Below the pieces are notes generated by a model. The model worked only from the letters and a program-made list of their open reading frames with translations. It ran no database searches and had not been told where the DNA came from. Below, piece by piece: positions 1 through 10,625 of a stretch of DNA of 64,000 nucleotides. The stretch's first letter is position 1; the number at the start of each line of letters is the position of its first letter. The position numbers and the translations under genes are program-made. Source of the DNA: an uncultured Acidobacteriota bacterium (lineage in GTDB: Bacteria > Acidobacteriota > Blastocatellia > RBC074); NCBI GenBank assembly GCA_963796275.1, contig CAWCKY010000003.1:1408001-1472000 (forward strand), in the 5' to 3' direction.

Positions 1-1614
1 ATATGCGCCGATCAACATCACCGCCAGGTAGTAGGGCTCGCCGTCTTTGAGATCGTGAACTTCCAGAACCTCTTTCACATCATGGAGATCGACGAATTTA
101 TCAACGACGCCGTCCGAATCGCAGGTGATGTCGACCAATGTCGCAGTGTCGGTCGGCGTTTCGTTGAGCTTATGAATGGGGATGATCGGGAAGAGCTGGT
201 CGAATGCCCAGTGATCCGGAACGGAGCGGAAGACGGAGAAGTTACAGAGATATTTGGCAGAGAGAAGTTTGCGCAGATCGTCGAATTCTTCAGATTTGAA
301 CTGCGATTGTTTGGCAAAGTTGTTGGCTTTGTCGCAGACCTCCCAGAAAAGAATCTCGCCTTTCGCCCGTTCCTCGAGGCTGATGAAGCCAAGATCGAAA
401 AGCGTGAAGAGCTCTTCCTTGTGTTCCAGCGAGTCATGGTAGTACTCCAGGAAGTTCTTCGAGTTCATCGTCTTGTAGAGGTCGTAGAGCTCGATGACGA
501 CCGGCGGATCGTCATCGGAGACCGTGATGTTCTTGATCCCCTGAACCGTTTCGATCTCGTCGATCAGATTGATGATGAGCATCGCATGATAGGCGACCAG
601 TATCCGGCCCGATTCGGTGATGACATTAGGTTCCGAGACGTTCTCCTCTTCGCAGACGCTCTTGATCGTATATATGACGTCATTGGCGAACTCTTGCATG
701 GTGTAGTTCGCCGACGATTCGAAGCTGGTCTTGCTTCCGTCGTAATCGACCCCGGCGCCGCCGCCGACGTTGAGGTGATCGACGTCGATGCCCATCTTGC
801 GGATCTTGGCGTAGACGCGCGCGGCTTCCTTGACGCCGGCCTTGACGCGCTTGATCTGCGTGATCTGCGATCCGATATGAAAATGCAGTACGCGCAGGGC
901 ATCGATCATGCCGGCATCGCGCAGCATCTTGACCGCCTGCAGCAATTCGGATGTGGTGAGCCCGAATTTCGACTGTTCGCCACCGGATTTCTCCCAGCGC
1001 CCCGAGCCGCGCGTATAAAGCCGGACGCGCATTCCGATCATCGGGCGCGTACCACTCGCGCGCGCGCGGTCGATCACCTTGCCCAGTTCGCTCAGTTTTT
1101 CGATGACGATGACGACGTTTTTTCCGGCCTTCGCACCGACGAAGGCGAGATCGATGAAGCTGTCATCCTTGAACCCGTTGCAAACCAGGAGCGAGTCGGG
1201 CGCCTGATCCATTGCGATCGCCGCGTAGAGCTCTGACTTGCTTCCGGCTTCCAGGCCATAGTTATATTTCGTCGCTTCCTCCAGGTAGGCTTCAATCACC
1301 TGCCGCCTTTGATTGACCTTCATGGGGAAGACGGCCCGGTGTTCGCCTTTATATTCGAATTCCTTCATCGCCGCGCGGAAAGACTGATTCATCTTGCGAA
1401 CCTGGCCGGCGAAGATTTGCGGAAATCGTAATTGGATCGGAAGCTTGACGCGTTTGGAGATGAGCTCATCCAGTAGCTTCTTGACATCGACGCTTCTCGG
1501 GTCGCCTTCAGCAGGATGGACGATCAAATGGCCTTGTGAATTGATGCCATAATATCCGGCTCCCCAGTTCTCGATGCCGTAGGTTTGTGCAACCTCAGCG
1601 ATGGCTGATTTCAT
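1..1614 (-). CDS. speA: Biosynthetic arginine decarboxylase (3' end outside window)
   Basis: Not in the ORF track because it has no stop in the window. Manual translation from ATG 1614 gives MKSAIAEVAQTYGIENWGAGYYGIN...LRFPQIF...AVFPMKVNQ (PLP lysine)...YGLEAGSKSEL...HFHIGS...DVGGGAGVDYDGS. GGAGG SD lies upstream. Confidence 0.95.
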   Translation of the reverse strand, partial: MKSAIAEVAQTYGIENWGAGYYGINSQGHLIVHPAEGDPRSVDVKKLLDELISKRVKLPIQLRFPQIFAGQVRKMNQSFRAAMKEFEYKGEHRAVFPMKVNQRRQVIEAYLEEATKYNYGLEAGSKSELYAAIAMDQAPDSLLVCNGFKDDSFIDLAFVGAKAGKNVVIVIEKLSELGKVIDRARASGTRPMIGMRVRLYTRGSGRWEKSGGEQSKFGLTTSELLQAVKMLRDAGMIDALRVLHFHIGSQITQIKRVKAGVKEAARVYAKIRKMGIDVDHLNVGGGAGVDYDGSKTSFESSANYTMQEFANDVIYTIKSVCEEENVSEPNVITESGRILVAYHAMLIINLIDEIETVQGIKNITVSDDDPPVVIELYDLYKTMNSKNFLEYYHDSLEHKEELFTLFDLGFISLEERAKGEILFWEVCDKANNFAKQSQFKSEEFDDLRKLLSAKYLCNFSVFRSVPDHWAFDQLFPIIPIHKLNETPTDTATLVDITCDSDGVVDKFVDLHDVKEVLEVHDLKDGEPYYLAVMLIGAY

Positions 1615-1791
1615 TTTTAATCGTTTCTTGACCTCCCTTGAATGCAATTTCTATATGATGAAAAATGAACCATCCATTGAATAGATATGAGGCGTTATGG
1701 AGGACACCGATCTATTTACCCTAACCTCGACCGAGCAGACCTTCTCCGCTGAATCTGCCTACGAAATCTATAGTTATCTAATGAGAGGCGG

Positions 1792-1820
1792 ACTGTATCA
1801 AATTGGCGGATTGCTGTCAA
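1792..1820 (-). promoter_or_regulatory. Sigma70-type promoter for speA
   Basis: Minus strand reads TTGACA-17 nt-TACAGT, with an extended -10 TG. Confidence 0.6.
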
Positions 1821-1946
1821 AAACTATTTTTTTAGGGGTAAAGAGCCGAGATTGATGGCAAAAGAGGGAATGAATCAAGCGCTTTCCGTAATGAAGGAGG
1901 CAAGGCGCAATAGGTTCGTTTCAAAGAGTTATGTATCTCCGTTCGG

Positions 1947-1982
1947 AGCGGCGCATGAATTCACGGGAATTCATGCGTCGCT
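1947..1982. repeat. REP-like palindrome or possible terminator downstream of the GMC gene
   Basis: AGCGGCGCATGAATTC-acgg-GAATTCATGCGTCGCT: a 16-bp stem with one G-U pair. Confidence 0.6.
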
Positions 1983-2059
1983 GCCTGAGGTGATGGCACA
2001 GGCTGAAACTACGAGTGGCCCGTTCTCCGGCCGCTATCGCATTTTTGGTTCCCATCCGC

Positions 2060-3763
2060 TTACAAATTTTGTCGCTTGAATTCATCGGCAATATGATCGC
2101 AAGCGCGTGCGGTGATCGCCATCATCGTCAGGGTCGGGTTCTGACAACCCTGCGACACGAAACACGCGCCGTCGGTCACGAAGACGTTCTTCACATCCCA
2201 CGACTGGTTCCATTTGTTGAGGACCGACGTCTTCGGGTCATCGCCCATGCGCGCGGTGCCGACCTCGTGGATGCAGAAGCCCGGAGGCGCCGCCTTGTCA
2301 TTCGCATAGAGCGTTCGGAATCCGGCTGCGTCAACCATCTCACGGATCGTCAATAGCGCGTCCTTAGCCATCGCCGCCTCGTTTTCACCGTGTGTGCATT
2401 CGATATGGAGGACGGGGATGCCCCAGGCATCGACCTTATTCTGATCGATAACGACGCGGTTCTCTTGGCGCGGCAGCATTTCGCACCAGGCTCCGAGCCC
2501 GAAACCGATCTCGTTAGGAAATTCGCGGACGAACTTTTTGAACTCGGCCCCGAACCCCGGCTGGAGTTTCGCCTGGGCGAACGTATATCCCATCCTGACG
2601 CTTCCCTGCATCCCGTAGCCGCGCATAAAATCGGGGTGCTTTTCCTTGATATTGCGAAAGCGCGGTATATAGATGCCGTTGGCCCGGCCGTCGGAGAAAT
2701 CGTACTTCATCCCCTGCAGCTCGGGCACATAGCCCGATGCGCTGATCTGGAACATATGATCCATCAAGTAATTGCCGAGCACGCCCGATGAATTCCCCAG
2801 GCCATGCGGGTATTGCCGCGATTTCGAATTGAGCAATATCCGCGTCGATTCGAGCGTGGAGGCGCAGAGGACAATCACTTTCCCGAACTCTTCATAGTCC
2901 TCTCTCGTCACCTGATTGACGATGCGCACGCCTTTTGCTTTCCCGGTGTTTGCGTCCACGATGATCTCGCGCACTACCGCATTGGGACGCAAGGTCATCC
3001 TCCCCGTCTTGGCTGCCGCGGGAAGCGTTGAACCGTTGCTGCTGAAATATGAATGCGTATCGCAGCCGCGGTCGCAATGGCCGCAGTAATGGCACGCGGC
3101 GCGGCCTTGATGGGGTTTGGTCAGGATCGCCGCCCGCCCGATGATCACGTTGCGGTCTTTCCAACGGCCCTCGACGGCTTTCTTCAATGTCTTTTCGCCG
3201 CACGTCATAGCCATGGGCGGCAGGAAATTGCTGTCGGGAAGCTGGGGCAGTTTTTCATATGATCCGCTGATGCCTGCGAAATCTTCAACTTTAGCATAGT
3301 ACGGTTCGAGGTCTGCGTAACTGATCGGCCAGTCTTTATCGTATCCATCGCGGCTGGCGGCTTTGAAGTCGTATTCGCTCAGACGGTAGGATTGCCGGCC
3401 CCAGGTGAGCGACCGCCCCCCGACCTGCCGCCCGCGAATCCACCAGAAAGGCTTGTCGTCGGGAGTGGTATAGGGGTTGTCGATGTCGTCGACGAATAGA
3501 TGCGCGCCATATTCATTGCAGGCATAACACCGGGATTGTATCGGCTGGCGCGGCGCGTAGAAACTGCCGGGGCTGATCCCGCGGTATTTCAGCTCGTAAG
3601 GCCACGTCATCATCCGGTAGTCTTTGTCCGGATCGATCTGCCTGCCCGCTTCGAGCACGAGCACCGACATCCCTCTCTCGGTGAGTACCTTGGCGGCCCA
3701 CCCGCCCGTGGCTCCCGATCCGACGACGATAGCATCGTAAATTCTGCGTCTGGACCTTTGCAT
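2060..3763 (-). CDS. GMC family FAD oxidoreductase (glycoside 3-dehydrogenase-like)
   Basis: [12 protein letters not shown]-binding motif, [11 protein letters not shown], Cys cluster [21 protein letters not shown]-terminal NPTLTMMA. Confidence 0.9.
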   Translation of the reverse strand: MQRSRRRIYDAIVVGSGATGGWAAKVLTERGMSVLVLEAGRQIDPDKDYRMMTWPYELKYRGISPGSFYAPRQPIQSRCYACNEYGAHLFVDDIDNPYTTPDDKPFWWIRGRQVGGRSLTWGRQSYRLSEYDFKAASRDGYDKDWPISYADLEPYYAKVEDFAGISGSYEKLPQLPDSNFLPPMAMTCGEKTLKKAVEGRWKDRNVIIGRAAILTKPHQGRAACHYCGHCDRGCDTHSYFSSNGSTLPAAAKTGRMTLRPNAVVREIIVDANTGKAKGVRIVNQVTREDYEEFGKVIVLCASTLESTRILLNSKSRQYPHGLGNSSGVLGNYLMDHMFQISASGYVPELQGMKYDFSDGRANGIYIPRFRNIKEKHPDFMRGYGMQGSVRMGYTFAQAKLQPGFGAEFKKFVREFPNEIGFGLGAWCEMLPRQENRVVIDQNKVDAWGIPVLHIECTHGENEAAMAKDALLTIREMVDAAGFRTLYANDKAAPPGFCIHEVGTARMGDDPKTSVLNKWNQSWDVKNVFVTDGACFVSQGCQNPTLTMMAITARACDHIADEFKRQNL

Positions 3764-4035
3764 TACTGCTCCTCAGAGATTTGCATGGAGTTCCGAGTTC
3801 AGACGTTAACCCCCCCCCGCCCTTTAAACGGTTGAAACTGCCGCCGAAAGGTTGAACTGGTCGCCGAAAGTCTGTACTACATGCGCGTTCTCATCGTTTC
3901 GGAACGTCGCTCATAACCTGAGAGACTCCCTGGATTTTTATGTAGTTGTCAGGACGATTCGCGCTCAATCTAACGTAAGCGCGCGCGACTGTCCATTCAA
4001 AATCGAGGCAAATCACGACAACGTCCTCCCAGCTC

Positions 4036-4062
4036 TTGACTGCCTACTACGATTGTAGTAGG
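4036..4062 (+). promoter_or_regulatory. BlaI/MecI-type operator overlapping a promoter
   Basis: TTGACT (-35-like) at 4036, followed by the perfect palindrome CCTACTAC-gatt-GTAGTAGG (4043-4062), which resembles the ACTACA-N2-TGTAGT Mec/Bla operator. Confidence 0.8.
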
Positions 4063-4132
4063 GTTGGCCTCGGTTGTAGTTGTGGGATGGGCGAAGGAAG
4101 AGGGAACAGGAGCCAGAAAGGAAAGAGTAGCG

Positions 4133-4573
4133 ATGACAAGAAAGCGAACGGTAAAGCTGACCAGGTTCGAGATGGAGATCATGGATGCGCTCTGGGATCT
4201 GGGCAGCGCATCGATCCGCGAGATTCACGACAAACTGCCGGAGCGTAAGCGTCCGGCCTATACGACGGTGCAGACGATCATCCGCCGTCTCGAGGAGAAG
4301 GGGGCTGTCAGACAGACGAGGCAGATCGGCAATGCGCACATTTTCGAACCGGTGGTGACGCGCGATGCGGCGCACCGGCGATTGATCGACGACCTGCTCG
4401 ATCTTTTCGGAGGTTCAGCGCGCCCGCTCATGGCTCATCTCGCCGAATCAGGGAAGCTCAGCCTGGAAGACCTGCGCGAGCTCGAATCGATACTGGCGCA
4501 GCAGGGCGAGGATGAAGCTGCGGAGAGCGCAAGCGAACCCGCGCGACGCAACAAAGATCGGCGCTCAGGCTAA
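4133..4573 (+). CDS. BlaI/MecI/CopY family transcriptional repressor
   Basis: LTRFEMEIMDALW...PAYTTVQTIIRRLEEKGAV...LFGGSARPLMAHL. Start placed at ATG 4133. Confidence 0.93.
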   Translation: MTRKRTVKLTRFEMEIMDALWDLGSASIREIHDKLPERKRPAYTTVQTIIRRLEEKGAVRQTRQIGNAHIFEPVVTRDAAHRRLIDDLLDLFGGSARPLMAHLAESGKLSLEDLRELESILAQQGEDEAAESASEPARRNKDRRSG

Positions 4574-4585
4574 CCGAGGGAGTAG

Positions 4586-6952
4586 ATGACTATGACGCTC
4601 CATCAAATTTTTTTCGAATGGTCGCAATGGTTCTGGCCTCTGTTGGCCAATCATCTCTGGCAGACTACGCTGCTTGCCTTGATCGCCTGGGTTGTCGTCT
4701 CGTCCCTCAGGCGTGCCACGGCACGCGCCCGCTACGTCATCTGGATGATCGCGTTCCTGAAAATTTTAGCGCCCTCAGCCTTGTTGATAGTCGCGCTCGA
4801 GAGCTCGGGATTCGATCTGGTGGAGCGATCGACTTACACCAGTGTCGAAATATTTTTCCAGATCGCGCAACCAATCTCCCTCGCCGGATCTGATCCGGAA
4901 ACAATCGCCATCGGCGAGTCGATCGTAACAGCTCCACGGTCAGCCCTTGAGGGACATAACGAATTCTATTGTCTGTTGGCGATCAGCTGGTTCTCCGGAG
5001 CGACGGTCTGGTGTTTGCGATGGCTGGGGCTGCGCCGCCGTTTTGTGCGCGCCTTGAAGGCCGGAAGCGAAATCGCAGAAGGGCCTGCGGCGGTGGCGCT
5101 TCAGCGGGCGACGCGGTGGTTATCGCTCACGCGCGCAATCGGCCTGGTCGAGTCGCCGCTGGTCAGGGAGCCCGGAGTTTGGCGCACCTGGCGCCCCGTC
5201 GTGGTTTTGCCGAAAGGGCTCGTCGGTAAGTTGAGCTCGGAAGAATTGGAAGCGGTGATGATGCACGAGCTGATTCATGTTTCACGGTTGGACAATTTAG
5301 TGGGGACGATGCAGATGATCATCTGTTGTCTGTTCTGGTTTCACCCGCTCGTCTGGATGATCGATCGCAGGCTGCTGGCGGAGCGCGAGCTGGTCTGCGA
5401 CGAGGATGTAATTCGATATATTGGTGAGCCGCGCGTTTATGCTGCGGGTTTATGGAAGGTCGCGCAGTTCGGATTGGGGTGGCATCTGGCCGGGGTCTCG
5501 CACGCTGCGGGATCGGACTTAAAACGGAGGATTGAATTAATGTTGGATGGTAAACACAGAACCAAACTTTCAGCGGCCGGCCGCGCGATGGCCGGGTCGG
5601 CAGTCGCCGCACTGCTCGTCGTCGCCTTTGCCCTGGCGATCTTCACGCGCGACAAAGTCGCGGCCTCGAAACTTACCGCCCCGCAGGATAACGGACCGGC
5701 CGTGATTTTGCCGATGCAGTTTGAGAATCTGCCCGGCATTCCGCTGATAGTCACTGCGCTGCAGGCTTCTCTCAGCGAAGCGAGACCCGTGAAATTCCCG
5801 GGCACAACTTCAGATGGGCAGATCGTCGATCTGACTCGCAAAGACGAGATGGAACGGGATCTGAATCTGACCGTGCAAGTGTTGAACCAGGGTGATCGCA
5901 CTGTTTCCGGAGTGGCGATACAGATTGAAAACCAATCATACAATGCTGGAAACCGAGTAATGGTCTTCTCGACTGCATTGCCGAAGGACGACGCGGGACA
6001 GACCGTAATCGATATCGAACCGCATCAAACGTTCACATTCAAACAAATAGAAAGAGTTATGGAGAGGAGTGATGGGGTGGAATTGATGAGTTCGATCAAC
6101 GATTTCCGGTTCAAGATACTCGGTGTCATGCTAGAACCCGATAAGAGTTGGATTTGGGCGAAAGACGCCATAGAGTCGATGGGGAGATCCTTGAACGATG
6201 AAGCTTTCTACGCTGATCTCGACAAAGCTGTTCGTCAGTGGGAGAGCCTGACGCGTGATATCCGCGAAGGTGAAGGGACGATCAAAAAAGAGGTCAAGAA
6301 ATCCGCCCAGGAAAAAAGGGAGGGCGCTGTCATCGAACCGATGAGCGCGAATTTGAGACCGACGATCCTCTACAAAGAGAGAGCTAGGTACACCGATCTG
6401 GCTCGCCAGAACGAAATTCAGGGCACCGTGGTGCTAAATGTTGTCTTCGGTGCCGATGGAAGGATGACGGAAATTCGGATCGTTCGCGGATTGCCTGATG
6501 GATTGACCGAGCAGGCCATTACAGCCTCGCAGGCAATTCGCTTTGAGCCCGCTGTTAAGGATGGCCGCAGGGTCAGTGTGCGCGGCAACCTGGAATTCAG
6601 CTTCAATCTGGACAAATCCGCCAGCGCATCGATATCAAACCGGAACGAATCCGAAACATCTGATGGGATTCATCCTATGTCGGTTACGATGCGACCGACG
6701 ATATTATATAAAGAGAAGGCTGGATACACGGAAGAGGCCAGACAGAAAAAGATAGAGGGAGTCGTCGTCCTTAACGCAATCTTCGGCGCTGACGGCAAGA
6801 TCAGTAACATCGAGGTCAAGCGCGGCTTGCCTTATGGGTTATCAGAGCAAGCCATAGCGGCTGCGCAAGCGATTCGTTTTGGGCCCGCGTTGAAGGACGG
6901 GAAACCGGTAAGCGTCAGGGGGAACCTGGAGTTCAAATTTAATCTATATTGA
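4586..6952 (+). CDS. M56 (BlaR1-like) metallopeptidase fused to two TonB C-terminal domains
   Basis: N-terminal TM segments, HELIH zinc motif, WFHPLVW...ERELVCD, and two repeats of [25 protein letters not shown]...GLP.GL.EQAI...F.PA.KDG..VSV. Confidence 0.92.
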   Translation: MTMTLHQIFFEWSQWFWPLLANHLWQTTLLALIAWVVVSSLRRATARARYVIWMIAFLKILAPSALLIVALESSGFDLVERSTYTSVEIFFQIAQPISLAGSDPETIAIGESIVTAPRSALEGHNEFYCLLAISWFSGATVWCLRWLGLRRRFVRALKAGSEIAEGPAAVALQRATRWLSLTRAIGLVESPLVREPGVWRTWRPVVVLPKGLVGKLSSEELEAVMMHELIHVSRLDNLVGTMQMIICCLFWFHPLVWMIDRRLLAERELVCDEDVIRYIGEPRVYAAGLWKVAQFGLGWHLAGVSHAAGSDLKRRIELMLDGKHRTKLSAAGRAMAGSAVAALLVVAFALAIFTRDKVAASKLTAPQDNGPAVILPMQFENLPGIPLIVTALQASLSEARPVKFPGTTSDGQIVDLTRKDEMERDLNLTVQVLNQGDRTVSGVAIQIENQSYNAGNRVMVFSTALPKDDAGQTVIDIEPHQTFTFKQIERVMERSDGVELMSSINDFRFKILGVMLEPDKSWIWAKDAIESMGRSLNDEAFYADLDKAVRQWESLTRDIREGEGTIKKEVKKSAQEKREGAVIEPMSANLRPTILYKERARYTDLARQNEIQGTVVLNVVFGADGRMTEIRIVRGLPDGLTEQAITASQAIRFEPAVKDGRRVSVRGNLEFSFNLDKSASASISNRNESETSDGIHPMSVTMRPTILYKEKAGYTEEARQKKIEGVVVLNAIFGADGKISNIEVKRGLPYGLSEQAIAAAQAIRFGPALKDGKPVSVRGNLEFKFNLY

Positions 6953-6977
6953 CCTCCTCTGTATTCGCATGTTGTGC

Positions 6978-7100
6978 CGCCTTCAGGCGAGTTAGCTCTG
7001 ACCGCCTGAAGGCGAGCAGGAAATCGTTTGGAGTTCCACGTTTACGCGGTCTTTTTCTTTTCGCATGCTTCCTGACCGGCTGAAGGCGTAACTCCAAACG
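6978..7100. repeat. REP-like nested inverted repeats
   Basis: CGCCTTCAGGCG/CGCCTGAAGGCG (6978-7014) and CGTTTGGAGTT/AACTCCAAACG (7025-7100). Confidence 0.65.
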
Positions 7101-7334
7101 CGATCTCCACGCGCTTGGAGACATCGATTTGCCTCATTTTTGACTTAACAATAGACTTAACAATAATTGAGTACTCTGTAACTGCTCTTCCCGATTACCT
7201 CGCTGCTCAATGTAGCCGCTCGCTAATTTTCAGGTTTCGGTCTGCCGATCGGGAACCCCCGCTGAAATCTGAAAACTTTCATCAATCATTTGACTCAATC
7301 CAAGGCAGTTCAATCCTCAAAGGACCATCGAAAG

Positions 7335-7343
7335 TGCTATAAT
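7335..7343 (+). promoter_or_regulatory. Extended -10 promoter for the lpt-rpoN operon
   Basis: TGCTATAAT about 40 nt upstream of the ATG at 7386. Confidence 0.55.
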
Positions 7344-7385
7344 CCTTAGGCCCAAATTGGGTTCAAGAGGTGTGAAATTATTGGT

Positions 7386-9653
7386 ATGTTCAAAGAAAAA
7401 CTTCCCCTGATTGGCGGATTATTATCCCTATTACTTTTGGTCGGTACAATTACGGTAATCGTCTCGGCTTTCGTTCGATTGCGTGGGAAGCAGCCACTGC
7501 CAAAGCCACGCGAGGTCAACAAATTGAAGACCAACGTGCAGTCGGTGGTCGAAGGGTCCGAGTATGTAGAGACTAAAAGTGGGCGCAAGATATTTCGTCT
7601 ACTTTTCGCCAAAAATACGCAGTACGAAGATGGGCGGAACGAGCTTGAAAAGGTCGATCTGGTGGCATTCGATGACAAGCCCGGGAAGAACGTACAAATT
7701 ATCTCAGACAGGGGTACATATCTGCGCGAGCAGGGCATTTTGACATTTGCCGGCAATGTCAAGGTGACGAGCAGCGATGGGCTGGAGGTTACGACCGAGG
7801 CGCTGAAATTTGAACAGGCGGCCGAGGTAGCGAGCACCGATGTAGCGATCCAGTTCCGTCAGGGAGAGATCAGCGGTTCTGCTATCGGCGCCCAGCTTCA
7901 CACCAAAACACGCGTCATGACTCTCCTGAGCGATGCCCGCGTCATCAACACCAATTCCGATTTCAACAAACCGAATCCGGCGAAAAAGAGCGAGCCGCCG
8001 GTCGAGATACGCAGTGACAGGGCGAACTATTCCGAACTCGAAGGCTTGGTCCGTTTTGAGGGCAATGCCCGGGCGGTGAGCGGCGAGAAATATGCGCAGG
8101 CGGATATCATCACCGGCGTGATCAACAAAGACGCGGCAAACCCGCAGACGAAAAAACTGACTCGCATAGAATTTCGCGGCAACTCCTATTTGAAGTCGGA
8201 GGAGGCGGGTAAGACTTCGGAAATGAAGTCTCGCGACATGGATTTTTTCTTCGACGATAAGCAGCAGATCAAATCCGCTGTCGGCACAGGCGCTGCCTAT
8301 GCCCGATCGCTCGAGAAAGATTCACCGCGCGAGGTGACAGCCGAGAGGATCGAGGTGATCTACAAGCCGGCTGAACATGGAAGCGTCATACAGGAAATAA
8401 TCACGCAGGGGCGAACGAAGATGAAGATAGATGTCGCCGATGCGAAGGAAGTATCGGAACGAGTGATCGAGGCCGATGCGGTGCGGGCCTTTTTCCGTGA
8501 AGACGGCAAAAACTTTGCGCGCGCCGAAGCGAATGGAGATGCGGTTCTGACCATCACGCCCAAAAAGATCACCCCGGTGGCGGAAAGAAAGAACCTGCGC
8601 GCCGCGCGGTTCAACACGGTATTCCATGAGACCGGAAATACGATCAAGACATTCATCGCAGATGGCAAAGCAGTCGCCCATATCGAACCGATGCAAAATG
8701 ATAGCAAGCGGACGAAGAAGAGTCTGAGCGGCAATAGACTGACGGGAAATTTCGACCCGCAGACGCAGGACATCTCCGAGTTCTACGCCGAGGGCGGCGC
8801 GAAGTTCAACGACGGCGAGCGCAACGGGAGCTCGGTCCGGGCCACTTACAAGGCTTCGACTCAACTCGTCGAAATGCGCGGGAAACCGTTGCTCTGGGAT
8901 TCATCGGCGCGCGCAAATGCGGACGAGATCGACGCCAATGTCGAAACGGACGAGAGCTTCCTCCGCGGGCGGGTGCGCACGATCTATTACGATCGCGAGA
9001 CCACCGACAAATCGACTCCCTTCAAAGACAGGAAGTCTCCGGTGACGATCGTGGCGGATCGCGCAGTCACCAAACATAAAGAGGGGGCGGCCAGATATTT
9101 CGGCAATGTACGGGCGTGGCAGGAGGATGATTTCGTGCGTGCGGATAACCTGGAGCTCGACAAAGGTGAGCGGATGATGGTGGCGTGGGGAAATGCGCAG
9201 TCGGGCTTCTACGACTTCGAGCGCGAGGTCGAAAAGGGGCATAAAGAGATCGTGCCGGCCTTCGCCAAGGCGGACCGGATCACATACCGCGATGAGACGC
9301 GGACCGCGCATTACGAGGGATCGGTGAAAATCCGCCAGGGGACCGACCAAATCGATGCGGCTGTCGCGGATGTCGTGATGGATGAAGATAACAAACTCGT
9401 GAGCTGGACTGCTTCCACCGATGTCGTAATGACGCAACCATCTCGCCGTGCATCGGGCGATAACATCGTTTACACGGCGGCGACAGATACCGCAGTGCTC
9501 ACCGGTATCCCCGCTGTAGTAGTAGATAACGATCGTGAAGCGGTTACAAAAAGCTCAAAATTGACAATGCATCTTCGCGATGCTAGGATCGAATCCAAGA
9601 ATGAAAGCGGCATGCATAAACGTGTGAGAACTACGCACCGCATCCAGAAATAG
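7386..9653 (+). CDS. lptC: LPS export periplasmic protein, long LptC/LptA(OstA)-like
   Basis: N-terminal TM anchor, repeated beta-jellyroll motifs (LTFAGNVKV, VRFEGNARA, ARYFGNVRAWQ, AHYEGSVKIRQG, AVLTG), and a position directly before lptB. Confidence 0.8.
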   Translation: MFKEKLPLIGGLLSLLLLVGTITVIVSAFVRLRGKQPLPKPREVNKLKTNVQSVVEGSEYVETKSGRKIFRLLFAKNTQYEDGRNELEKVDLVAFDDKPGKNVQIISDRGTYLREQGILTFAGNVKVTSSDGLEVTTEALKFEQAAEVASTDVAIQFRQGEISGSAIGAQLHTKTRVMTLLSDARVINTNSDFNKPNPAKKSEPPVEIRSDRANYSELEGLVRFEGNARAVSGEKYAQADIITGVINKDAANPQTKKLTRIEFRGNSYLKSEEAGKTSEMKSRDMDFFFDDKQQIKSAVGTGAAYARSLEKDSPREVTAERIEVIYKPAEHGSVIQEIITQGRTKMKIDVADAKEVSERVIEADAVRAFFREDGKNFARAEANGDAVLTITPKKITPVAERKNLRAARFNTVFHETGNTIKTFIADGKAVAHIEPMQNDSKRTKKSLSGNRLTGNFDPQTQDISEFYAEGGAKFNDGERNGSSVRATYKASTQLVEMRGKPLLWDSSARANADEIDANVETDESFLRGRVRTIYYDRETTDKSTPFKDRKSPVTIVADRAVTKHKEGAARYFGNVRAWQEDDFVRADNLELDKGERMMVAWGNAQSGFYDFEREVEKGHKEIVPAFAKADRITYRDETRTAHYEGSVKIRQGTDQIDAAVADVVMDEDNKLVSWTASTDVVMTQPSRRASGDNIVYTAATDTAVLTGIPAVVVDNDREAVTKSSKLTMHLRDARIESKNESGMHKRVRTTHRIQK

Positions 9654-9697
9654 ACCGCTGGTAGTGTCAAACTGCAATCCGAAGGAGGCAAGTTGGT

Positions 9698-10483
9698 ATG
9701 GTGAGCGAAATGCTTGAGCGTGAAAGCGCTGAGCTGGTCATCAGCCAGACCGGAACAAGCATCGGGGCACTGCGAGCGGAAAACCTCTTGAAGTCTTATC
9801 GACGGCGTTGTGTAGTCAATAAGGTTTCAATAACTGTCAATCCATGCGAGATCGTAGGATTGCTTGGCCCGAATGGAGCAGGGAAGACCACGACATTTTT
9901 TATGGTCGTCGGTCTTGAGGAGCCTGATGAAGGCAGTGTTTGGTTAGGCGATCAGAATATTACGAAGCTGCCTCTCTATAGGCGCGCGCGGCTGGGGATA
10001 AGCTATCTGCCGCAGGAGGCATCGGTATTTCGTAAGTTGACGGTAGAACAGAATCTAATGGCTATTCTGGAGACGCTCAAAATGACGAGCGATGAGCGAC
10101 ACGAGCGGCTTGAGGAATTGATCGAAGAGTTTCGTTTGAGCCACGTCCGAAAGAACAAAGGCTACGCGCTATCTGGCGGTGAGCGACGTCGGACGGAGAT
10201 CGCGCGAATGCTGACTCTGAAACCGAATTACATTCTCCTCGATGAACCGTTCGCCGGGATCGATCCCATAGCGATCGATGATATTCAACATATCATAGCG
10301 CGGTTGCGCGATCGGGGGATCGGGATTTTGATCACGGACCACAACGTGCGCGAGGCATTGGAGATAACCGATCGCGCCTACATCATAAGTGAAGGCCAGC
10401 TTTTCCGGTCCGGAACGCCTCTTGAGTTGACTGACGATCCGGAAGTTCGTAGGGTTTATCTGGGAGAGAAATTTAGAATGTGA
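9698..10483 (+). CDS. lptB: LPS export ABC transporter ATP-binding protein
   Basis: [45 protein letters not shown]-terminal VYLGEKF. Confidence 0.97.
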   Translation: MVSEMLERESAELVISQTGTSIGALRAENLLKSYRRRCVVNKVSITVNPCEIVGLLGPNGAGKTTTFFMVVGLEEPDEGSVWLGDQNITKLPLYRRARLGISYLPQEASVFRKLTVEQNLMAILETLKMTSDERHERLEELIEEFRLSHVRKNKGYALSGGERRRTEIARMLTLKPNYILLDEPFAGIDPIAIDDIQHIIARLRDRGIGILITDHNVREALEITDRAYIISEGQLFRSGTPLELTDDPEVRRVYLGEKFRM

Positions 10484-10616
10484 ATTGATATGGGTAATTG
10501 GTAGTAGATAGATAGTAATAGATAGATAATTGATAATTGAAGATGGTTGAATAGTTGCAAACATACGGCAAACATCAAGCTCCGGCCATTATCAGTTATC
10601 TATTGGCAGTTACCTT
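10484..10616. repeat. Degenerate inverted heptamer array
   Basis: GATAATT/GATAGTA-type units followed by the complementary ATTATCAGTTATCTATT. Confidence 0.6.
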
Positions 10617-10625
10617 TTGGAGTTT

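Noticed and set aside
55-1236. 393-aa plus-strand ORF
   Set aside because: It is the antisense shadow of speA and has no recognisable motifs.
7142-7165. Direct repeat GACTTAACAATA x2 as a CtrA-like site
   Set aside because: The TTAA spacing is 8 nt rather than 7, and two copies are too little evidence to assign a regulator.
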